Below, in pieces: positions 54,481 through 64,000 of a stretch of 64,000 bases of DNA. The stretch's first letter is position 1. Each line of letters begins with the position of its first letter. Source of the stretch: Styela clava (taxonomy: Eukaryota). Location of the stretch: positions 6,634,001 to 6,698,000 of the forward strand of contig NC_135252.1 of NCBI RefSeq assembly GCF_964204865.1, written 5' to 3'. Both the position numbers and the translations under genes were made by a program. Below the pieces are notes generated by a model. It worked only from the letters and a program-made list of their open reading frames with translations, did not search any database and was not told where the DNA came from.

Positions 54481-54986
54481 AAAAGTATGCAGGTGATATT
54501 GTTACTGGGTGCAAAGATAAAGGGACCGAGCCAACTATCCCGTGGAGGGTAATCACTAATCACAGGTGCGAAGGCAAGCGTGTTTCTGACGCTTAGCAAC
54601 ACGAAGCCACTATCAGATGGGCTTCATGTATCTTAAGCTAGGATTCACATATTTATCCCCGGGGAGAAAACTAATGGACCAATTGCTTTGAAAGTTTCAG
54701 TGGTTAAAGATTATATTTTTCGCTAGAAGGTTAGTATATATTTATATTTATTTCAAAAATTCCTGTGGGCTCCATGGGATTCGTTTTTTGTGTGCGAAGT
54801 GTCAAACTTCGTACAAAAATTCTAAACCGGCATATTTTGACCAAAAAGCGCCGTATTTGCAGATTCCTCTCATTACAGCTAGCGCAGTTATGTGTGCGTG
54901 TATTTTTTTAACGCTGCATATTAAAGTTATCATTAAAGTTTGCCAAAAATGAAAGCCTGCTATTCGTCACAGAACGTCGCTCCCTC

Positions 54987-56050
54987 TTAACCTGATCTAG
55001 ACTACCAATCGAGCCCAATTTTGTATACCCATTTTTATTCATGTCATTCGACCCCCCAAATTTACCCAATATACAATAATTATATGTCATTGGAAAAGTC
55101 TTTTAGAGTACTATACGCTAGATGTCACTGGAGGACCGTAAACTAAAACCGGTGTTCAAGCGTTGTGGTAATTTTCCGTTTGAGAAGTCACCGCATCGAA
55201 TCAGGCCAGGCTAAGCTTGATCAATCGTTAGGTTGTTTGTGCTTTATCGCGTTGAAAGCTTTTGTGAGTCATAATAAAACATTTATTATGAATCATGAAA
55301 GCTTATAACCGTGAGACAAGGAGAATTCGCGAGACAAAACGCTTATTTATGTGAACTCACTTATTTTCGGTGATCAAACGACTCGATATTTTTATAACTT
55401 CCTGATGTTGTAAAAGGCCCACTCTTATTATATTATGTAGCATATGAATGGAGCTTCAAAAAAAGACCTTATCATACTAGCTTTTGTTATTGGTTAGCGC
55501 GCAACGCAAAGTATTATTGAATTATTTTCTTGTCGTGCGACGTTTTTCTATCGCAGCGTTTTTCAAGTACACGCGTGAAATGTAAGCGATATTTTATCAC
55601 TTCCAAATGTCATACAACGTTCATTCTTATATTGCTGGATAGGAAATGAGCTATTCTTCCAAACAAGACCAAAACAAACATTCCAGACCTCATGGTTTAC
55701 ACATTTATCCTACATTTATTTGTGTGCCATTGCGTAAAGCAATCTTTTCCGCGAGCTACACAAAGATGTACGCCACATTACACGCGATCTTGTAACATAT
55801 TTAGGGCCGCCCCTTCTCTTCTTATGTAATTCTTTTACAGAGCAAACCTTGCAGGTTCGCAGGGCATTTTGGAATGACGGCAAATGAAGCCCTACATTTT
55901 GGAGTCTTAGATCGAGTTGTTCACTAGAGCGACGTGGTGGCACGCGCGCAGTCCTGAAATCACCCAACAATTTAGTTATCAAATCTTTTCGCCATTCTAA
56001 TGGCACGAATTTCTTTTCTTCATTTTCAGGCAAAATAGCTTTTGCCACCA
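54987..56050 (-). mobile_element. piggyBac remnant (transposase C-terminal Cys-rich domain)
   Basis: Minus strand reads HLP...RTCKVCS and, after a frameshift, CGVHLCV..KDCFTQWH. Candidate TTAA-cc terminus at 54987. Confidence 0.75.
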
Positions 56051-56702
56051 CGCAGTGGCGCAACCAGGCCGTTTTCAACTTTGGGGGGGGGGGGAGTCCG
56101 ACCGGAATTTACCCAGTGCAACCACGACGTAAGTCGAAACGCCACTAGGTGTCGCCCCGCTGAAACACGATAAACTGCTCGTGGTTAAAAGGGAAACGCC
56201 ATCGATTATATCCCAGCATTTCGCTTACCTTGCCCTCGTTCAATAACGGCGCTTCGCTAGGTCTTGCACCTCGTGGGTAGCAAAACGCCGTTCATTACAT
56301 TCCAGCGAATTGCTAACGAAAAGCAGTTAATTATTTTCAACGTTTCCCTCGCTTTGCGCCTCGTGGATAGTGAAACACGGCTTGAATAAATTCCAGTGTT
56401 TCCCTCGTGCCGCGCCTTGCTCGTTAGGTGAAACTAAACTGAAGCTCACCGGAAGACATAATGACAATTAAAATAATTGATTTACAACTAATTTTTGGAA
56501 ACACAACTAAAAACTTACTAATTTAATGCAGGGATGTCCAAATCGAATTTAAATTCAAATATCGCAAACTTCAAATACTGTTTTTCGTGTTTATAATAAT
56601 CCCGAATATGGCGCACATATCCTAGCGTCGTCGTCCATGTGTGGTTCGGCAATATATTACAGCTGACATGAAATAATTTCGATAAACGCCGACTTGAAGA
56701 AC

Positions 56703-57561
56703 TTATAAGACTTCAAGGACGTTTTTGATTGAAAATATTTTCTTATCGTGTATTTTAACTTAGTCGAGATGGTTTAGGCGTCCTCGGCAACTTGTGTCTT
56801 AATTAGTTGTTTTCATCCTCAGTTTCGAAGGTGACCGAACATAACAGGAAATTTTTTCATTTCTTGTTATTTAGCGCGTATAAAATAGCTCTTAAATAGT
56901 ATTTAATATCTATCGCGGATTTCGTCGGCATCCGGCGTTGATGACAACATCGTTCAGTTTAAGTTATTCATTTACAAACAAAAATACATAACAGTCGACA
57001 TGAAATATTCAAATCAGCGCAGAGTTCAAAAATAAAACACGTTTTATGGTCTTAATATGCACATAGAAAGAAGAATAGACAGAGAAATAACGACTAAAAA
57101 ATAATAAAGAAAATAAAGATTGATTATTATTAAAAACGGTATGGTATGTTGGTGTACTTTTATTTACCATCGTCATCATAATCAAATTAATTAAACCCGA
57201 TTCCCAAATTTCCGTCGGCCAATAATGGAGAATAAAGATGGAAAAACGTGTTATAATTTTTTGATTATAAACCAATACCTCCAACCTAAAATGAACGATA
57301 TTGTTATCAACGACGTCGGGATAACGATAAAATCTCCGATAGAAACCAAATAATATTTAGAAGCTGTTTTATAGATTGCAAGAAATTAAAAAATTTCCCG
57401 TTAAGTTCGATAACTATCGAAACTGGGGATGAAAACAATTAATTAGGGCAGGATTTGCTTTTAGGTTTATTGCCGAGACGCACAACATATCTTGACCAAA
57501 TTGAAATATACGATAACAAATGTAAAAATTTTCAACCAAAAATGTTCTCGACGTCTTATAA
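56703..57561. mobile_element. Foldback/long inverted-repeat element
   Basis: Arms of ~260-280 bp (56703-56965 and 57283-57561) are degenerate reverse complements, e.g. taattagttgttttcatcctcagtttcga / tcgaaactggggatgaaaacaattaatta. Confidence 0.8.
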
Positions 57562-57942
57562 GCTATCCTGTCAAAATACCATATATAATAAATAACGATC
57601 TGGGTACGAGTACCCTATGCCATTCTCAAGTTACTTAACTTATTTTTACACAGACGAGATGGATGGTCAGAGATTGCGTATTATTCCGACTAGAAGTTGC
57701 ATATCATCTCAAATTGTTGCAGCACTGGACGAAAGAAACATTTGCTGGTAACTGCCCATACTGTTAACTGTACAGGTACCAAAGTTGTATGAAATGGTTG
57801 CAATTGCAAAGCTGAAAGAAGTGTATACTGATTGAAGAGTGAAATCGAATCCACCAGCATGTAGCAGTGATAATTGGTTCAATATGAAAAAATCAAGTAT
57901 ATGTTACAAATGATACCAATACTAGTATTATATGAATTAATG

Positions 57943-60900
57943 TTAACTTTTTGTTGGAGAATAAAGAAATAAAATATCTTCATCTGTCCCATAACTTTTC
58001 CGGGCTCTTTCAAGAGTTTCAAAAGTGCATTGAACGTGTTCACCTGGGATAGAAAAGAACATAAAATCAAAGGTCAAAATTGTTATTCAAACAAAATGAC
58101 CTTGAAGCACAAAAGCAGGGGATTACCAATTATTTTACTTCTTTACAATTCAGTTAACACAAAGACACGATTTCATAAAACAAATGCAATGCAACCTATC
58201 AAAATGAAAATTTGGTCTCACCGTCAGGGCTAGGGTCATTTAGGAAAAATATTTTTCGGTTCAAGTCATAGCCTACTATGACAACAAAATGACCCCAATA
58301 ATCCGAACTCATTTGATTATTTTCTGCGTTCAATTGTTGTGATGTAATGGTAGAGTATTCGCCACCATTCCAGCAACAAAACCAAAAACAGCATGGAATT
58401 TCTTGAGGTGAGTTTGATGCCAAATTGCTGCTATCCACTGGATTACTATGCAGTTCTTTGTCATTGATGAGAACAATTATTGGCTGTAAAAACGAATAGC
58501 GGTACTGAAAATCATATGCTGCATAATTGACACACAATAAAATCGGTTGAAATCCAGGTAAAACACACTGTCTTAAATCATAATATATTAAAAGATGACT
58601 ATAATAACTTAAGCCTGTGATTCTTGTGAATGGAATATCAAATTTGATTTGGAAGTACAAAACAAATATTCCAATCCTCGCTTGCGCAACAAACATTGGG
58701 ACAATGGATAACCAGGCCTTATGTTAACACTCTGCCATTGCTACAAAATACTACATATAACTTTTTTGTATCAATATTTTGCAACAAGCCTTGAGCATAA
58801 AGAGTATAACCTCATATCTACAAAACTCCACTCTAGTATCGAATTTAAAATCATCATATTCCTAGCTTAATGTAACATTACCATTACCACGATGACCAGA
58901 TCAACCCAAAGCTTTAATATAACTGTTACAGCAAAACAGTGCCTTATTCTATTCAGTGAAAAATAGGAGTGAGAAAGTATCTCAATCTTGACACTGCCTG
59001 ACTGGAGCAATTTTTAGTACTCGATTTTATGAAATTCATTTGCGAAAACATGGATGCCTTGTTTTTCAAACGCTAATGCATTGCAAACTAGTATGTTATT
59101 TTTGCCATCCCCCTTGGTTCATGCACCTAGGAATGGGAACTGTCGTAACTAGACAAGTTGCGGGAAATGAACATAATCAATTATATTCTTATGTCATAAA
59201 CGTTGTATCAGTGTTGCCGCTGGTAGCTGCATACCGGTATACTACAGTAGCTCGCTTATTGTTAGATTGAATTGAGGCAAGTTTTATTATGAATTTTAAA
59301 TGCTGAAATGTTTTTTGCATTTTTTTACCGAAAAAACATGGTGGGTCAGCAGTTCGCCATCTCTGCTAGCCCTATATAACAAGTTGCATACATTGTCAAA
59401 ATTATTATGTTTCCTGACATTTGTGTGGTTGATGACAATTTCATGCACAATATTGAATAAAAATCACCTGTTCAGTTTCGAGATGCTTTAATATACAAGA
59501 CAAATCAACAGAACGTTTTTCAACTTTGACATTTTTATCATTAGCTGTTGAAAATGACAAGTTAACTCGTTTTTCTTCTTCAGATAAATCTGATTCCATC
59601 TCATTCATATAAAATGACTCAGTTCTATAATTGCTGTCTACACCCAACGTTTTGGTGCAAAATTGGTGAGAGATATCTACAAAATGAATGTTGAAATTAT
59701 AAGTTTTCTCTTAATTTTTACTATTGCTTGACCTTATCAAACTATGAGGAATATTTCAGAAATATGAACACTTTTATTCACAATTTTATAATATTGCTAT
59801 TAGTTATAAAGGGTTCCATTACATTTGAACCCACGTACATTTGAACCCATGACAATTGCACCTGTATGCTATTGCACCTATGGAATTTTTTTTGTTTCAC
59901 GGATAGTTAAACCCATACTAACCCTAACCCATGGGTTTTAGCACCCGCATATAGATTGAACCCGTGGATATACGCATGGGTTCAAATGTACGGTGACCGT
60001 TATAAAGTGGTAATAGGCGAGACCTAGCTTTAGCAATTGCATGAATAGATCATGTACAGAAATAAGATTACTTAGTATTACAAATAATGAATGGCGTGCA
60101 CGAAGCTAACTCCAAATTCATGTTTGCCAATGACTACCTGCCGCCAGAGCCTTGTTTGAATCAATAAAACCATTTTATAAAATATGTATTTAATAATCAA
60201 AATCTGATTAGAAAATTACCAGGCTTTTGATTTTGAGCAGCCTATACATTAATATGACATAAAAAGGTAGGGTCAGCAAGTTTACATTTTTTCGAAGTAC
60301 AGGAATGAAAAAAAAATAAATGATTATGCCCACATATTGCCGAGAGAAAAACGCGCATACAGGTACAGTGATAACTTAACAGGTGTTGGCATGATTTAGA
60401 TATGCTAATACAATCAACAGATCTACAAGATTATAATGCAGTAAAATATAAACAAAATACTAAAAATATTACCTAAAATTTGACAAAGATAAGCCAAGTC
60501 AATTGTCCAAACACTTTTGCCCAAGTTATGCTCTTTGCAGGCTTCTTCAATGGTATTTACTGGCGACAAGGGCTTCAAGTATCTGTTTTAAAGTAGAACT
60601 AAACTGTGAAACTCGAGAATTGAGAAATGCCTATTTCCTGGCTCTGAGTAATATCCTAATTGTGTTGCCAGAAACACAGACGATTTCATGTTTTCAGATT
60701 TTGGCATCGGTTTGTTTCTCAGAATAAAGTTATATATTGATTCTAAATGAGTGAATAAAATAATAATGGGCAACTGCGCTTAGTACCGTAGCAAGGCGAG
60801 AGGCTGTGTCTCACATTATAGAGACATTATACAGTTTGTTGCCCTGAAAAATTAAAAATAAATTAATCAGATTAAAAGTATGTACCGGTATGTGTATTTA

Positions 60901-61368
60901 TTCTGTTATTTGTATCATGATGATAATATGAATAAGAAGGCAATATTAATGTTGAACACAGATAAATATGTAGATCCTACCCTATAATCGCAAGGCCATA
61001 CAGGTATAGTCTACCGTACCGGTACCGTATGCCAAAACACATATAGCCTATGCCACATTCATTTCTGATATCCAGACTTCCACATCTAACTTTTTCAGGT
61101 CACACCCTTAATAGAAGTCAAAAATACTGCTTCAGTTCCATTAGGCCTTAATTTTGAATGCAACGGCGCTCGTGGAATGTACACTGAACAAACAGACAAA
61201 TGCAGAATCCAAGTTAACGGATACTTGTACCCGGCACCGTACCAACCTTGTCGTCATTCTTAAGCAAGCCAGGCCACAGTCCCACGATCCTTCTTGCGGT
61301 ATATGCGGGACGTCTTCGATAAGAGTGAAAGTTTTCCCAACATTGGCGAACATGCTAACCCCCGCCAT
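57943..61368 (-). CDS. GUCD1: GUCD1 (guanylyl cyclase domain containing 1; papain/C39-like fold); 5 coding exons, 267 aa
   Basis: Exons 61368-61247, 60582-60473, 59676-59468, 58483-58222 and 58043-57943 join in frame (804 nt). Motifs VPHIPQ..SWDCGLAC, SVWTIDLAYL, GHFVVIVGYD and ARKSYGTDEDILF. Confidence 0.93.
59812..59998. mobile_element. MULE-like MITE with 9-bp TSD and 15-bp subterminal repeats
   Basis: TIR ggttccattacatttgaaccc / gggttcaaatgtacggtgacc; perfect TSD gttataaag. Confidence 0.85.
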
Positions 61369-61566
61369 CTGCAATGAACTTAGTAAGAAATGCCCCGGCA
61401 ACCTGGCATTTTCAAATGTTATATGAGGGTTTTCCCCGTGATTTGTACGTTGCTCTTTCGTGCCAGACACTGCACAAAAAGCATTTAAATTTTATTCAAA
61501 TGAAATTTGCGCAAGGAGCGATAATATTCAATATACAGAAAACAAACACGTTTAGTAAAAAAAACA

Positions 61567-62136
61567 TTAAAATAAGCCATCCGCAATTTGTTGCGAAACA
61601 CTCATGTTCCGTAGCTTTGCAACTTGACGAGCTCCACGAGTTACGATGTTCAGGATGTTTTCTTCTACAGGATCTTTTTTGTCGGCTCTTTGCAATCTAC
61701 TAATTACAATCAAAAACTCTTCAAAATCGACCGTACCAGAATGGTCAATGTCCATAGAGTTGAAACATCGCCAGCGTTCGTTAGGTTTACTTGATTCTCC
61801 GAATTCATCTAAAACGCTGTTCATCTCGATGAAGTCGAGAATGCCATCGCGGTTAGAATCAAAGATTAGAAATTGCGCTTTAAAATTGCTTATCTCAGCA
61901 GGAGACCAATGAGGAAACTTTTTAGCATACTCTTCATCGGAAACATCTAAAAGCTTTCGCCGAGTGTTGCTGTTTTGGCGGCTTGCGAAAACCTCTTCTA
62001 AGTGAGCATAGTGAAGTTTTTCTATGACGTTTTCTTCTTTTGGGATGTTTTTCCTTTCCCCGAATGAATTATAATCTTGGGGCCTGTGGTAGCTGATGAT
62101 CTCGGGCTGCAAAGGGTAGGACATAAGATTTCCCAT
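61567..62136 (-). CDS. Intronless EF-hand Ca2+-binding protein, 189 aa (EFHD/swiprosin/AIF1-like core) with N-myristoylation motif
   Basis: Two canonical EF loops, DSNRDGILDFIE and DIDHSGTVDFEE; starts MGNLMS; AATAAA on the minus strand at 61496-61491. Confidence 0.88.
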   Translation of the reverse strand: MGNLMSYPLQPEIISYHRPQDYNSFGERKNIPKEENVIEKLHYAHLEEVFASRQNSNTRRKLLDVSDEEYAKKFPHWSPAEISNFKAQFLIFDSNRDGILDFIEMNSVLDEFGESSKPNERWRCFNSMDIDHSGTVDFEEFLIVISRLQRADKKDPVEENILNIVTRGARQVAKLRNMSVSQQIADGLF

Positions 62137-62149
62137 CCCGATCTTACGT

Positions 62150-62420
62150 CGTGCAAACCTCGTGACAATCAGTCACACGCAGCGTAAAGTGCGATGGCAG
62201 ATAACAGTTGCATCCCGGCTCCGATAGATCAGCGATTATTGCGATGCAAATAAGATTTTATGACGTAACAATGCAAATTCCCCCGACCTGGGTGACGCAA
62301 TAATGGATATTATATTACGTGAAGTCGGTTTGGACACGAATGGCGCACGCCCATCTGTCAATGATGGCGTCTGCTGATTGTGGTTGTAAATTATAATGTT
62401 GAGTTCCCTTCTCACCTTTT
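62150..62420. promoter_or_regulatory. Putative CpG-rich promoter between the divergent EF-hand/GUCD1 and REEP5-like genes
   Basis: Locally CpG-rich; CRE/ATF-like tgacgtaa and tgacgcaa, and YY1-like atggcg motifs; positional inference. Confidence 0.4.
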
Positions 62421-63518
62421 ACCTATCGGGTGTGCACCGCACTCCTTATCGTAGTTAATTTGCCATTGCTGGAGGAGGTTGGGCATTTGTCGGAAACCAA
62501 CGCTGTTCTCATTTAATAAATGAACTTTTGACTTCAGGCTGTCAGACTCAGGACTATTTCTCTCTCAGTTGGTTAGCGATAGGTACCGGTACACCGGTGT
62601 GAATATGTTAGGGAAGGTTATTTTCAGATTTTGGATGGATACTAAAGGTACGGTAGGCACCTGACAGCCTGAGGATTGCCAATGTCAAAAAAAAAATTTC
62701 AGTTCTTGCTTAACTGTTATAAATTACCAATCTTCTGATCTTGATTACCGTACCGGTACCGTACAGCCGTATGTGACACCAGATCCAAGCAAACAAGTAA
62801 ATTAGCCGTCCAGCGAACTGCGCTTGAATACCGTAGGCTACACATTTACTTTCTGAAATATGTTATAGCCTAGTCTACTGCATTCAAGCATTAATATCCA
62901 GGTATCTGAATATGATCTCATGCACTAAATTCTTAATGGCAGAATGAAGTAATTTTGAAATCAGACATCCTCAGACGAGCAGTTTACATCAATCAGTCAA
63001 TGGGAAGAAAAGAACAAGCATGCGGTTCAAAGTCTGATTTTGGGTTGGCGAAACGTTACAGAAATACATTTATGTCTGTATGTTAGTGTGCAGCAGGACT
63101 ATTAAATTGCATAGTATAGTATTTTTATTCTTGCAGCCGGACAGTATCCTCGCATTATACGAATACACTAGCGAAAAGGCATTGAGAGAAGAATTGGAAA
63201 TCAGTCCTGCGAAACCTCTTTTGATAAATGATTTTTTGATTATTTTGTTTCTTAATAATGAATCAAAGCTGCTCTAAAGATACATTTAACTTATACAATG
63301 CTTTTTTTGGTCGGCATTGGCAGATTGGTATGCTCACTAACCTGCAATGTCAACAAGCTTTAGGTGCATAATGTATCTGCATTGATATTAAAATTTATAT
63401 ATTATATTCGCAGGGCACACATCAGCTTATCCCAATCATAAGAATAGTAGACTTATTAATTCTTACAACAAATAATAGAATTATCTCGGCATCTTTAAAA
63501 TACTACTGATAGTTGAAT

Positions 63519-63678
63519 ATGGCCAGTGAAGAAAAAACAGCAACCTCCGGGTCCATTGTGTCACCAAAAACCTGGGTGCAAAAATTGGATGAACTACTTG
63601 AAAGCAAAAATTTTATCACTGAAGGATTTGACAAGGTGGAAAAGAAGGTTAACGTTAAAAAACGATATCAGGCCATTG
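63519..63678 (+). CDS. REEP5: REEP5/6 (DP1/Yop1)-like protein, first coding exon; the gene continues beyond the window
   Basis: KLDELLESKNFITEGFDKVEKKVNVKKRYQAIG resembles the REEP5 N-terminus ([32 protein letters not shown]) and ends at a phase-1 GT donor. Confidence 0.72.
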
Positions 63679-64000
63679 GTAGGTTAAAAAAGCAATGTTT
63701 AATTTTGATAACATGATTAGTAATGTTTTTTCAATCGTTTGCTGTATGTATGCCATAATGAGGATGTTTAAATGTAAGTGATAATATTACTGCGTAAATA
63801 TGTTTTTTTAGTATTTTAACATGGAAGAGAAATCTTTTTTTTATCAAATATTTCTGTGCTGTGATCTAATGCTTTTGTATGCATCATAGATATTTTGTTT
63901 TCAACCCTAAAATTGAATCTATGTCATTTGTAGAATATCAACTGCAGCACCATTGGAAACAAATACTTGTAATAACACCTGTACACATTGAGAAAAAAAA

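Noticed and set aside
54309-54602. Repetitive ORFs (HPRTF-like; also 8638-9115) or a CRISPR-like array
   Set aside because: Translations of a 15-bp minisatellite with no unique spacers and no cas genes; the DNA is eukaryotic.
56053-56147. Small hAT-like element with a G12 run
   Set aside because: Only a short TIR match and no TSD.
61369-61470. N-terminal extension of GUCD1 from the ORF track
   Set aside because: The ORF starts at a GTG and runs through a clear splice acceptor; ATG 61368 is the better start.
61567-62136. EF-hand protein as a GCAP regulating GUCD1 cyclase activity
   Set aside because: It has only two recognisable EF-hands (GCAPs have four), and GUCD1 shows papain-like motifs rather than a nucleotide cyclase domain, so the link rests on the gene name alone.
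62535-62671. Short inverted repeat caggctgtcag as a MITE
   Set aside because: No TSD and no second copy in the window.

Overview
AT-rich, intron-containing animal genomic DNA. It looks like an invertebrate chordate, possibly a tunicate, but that is inference only. Splice-joined gene models that stay in frame: two tandem WSC-domain sulfotransferase (WSCD-type) paralogs (+), a probable 3-exon orphan gene between them (+), a divergent SLC38A9-like lysosomal amino-acid transporter (+), an almost intronless M17 leucyl aminopeptidase (+), GUCD1 (-), an intronless EF-hand gene with a myristoylation motif directly upstream of GUCD1 (-), and exon 1 of a REEP5-like gene (+). Introns and intergenic DNA are dense with transposons: two degenerate hAT elements with TIRs and 8-bp TSDs, many hAT/Merlin/MULE-like MITEs, two Helentron-associated (HINE/DINE-1-like) families, a tRNA-derived SINE, a CR1/L2-type LINE remnant, a piggyBac remnant, and nested insertions. 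The strongest lead is the EF-hand ORF, which sits between a GT donor and the AG acceptor abutting the GUCD1 ATG and has its own AATAAA, suggesting a bicistronic or alternatively processed locus. Other leads are the unannotated 139-aa gene, an SLC38A9 homolog with a short N-terminal tail, and a TIR element carrying a copied exon fragment of its host gene.
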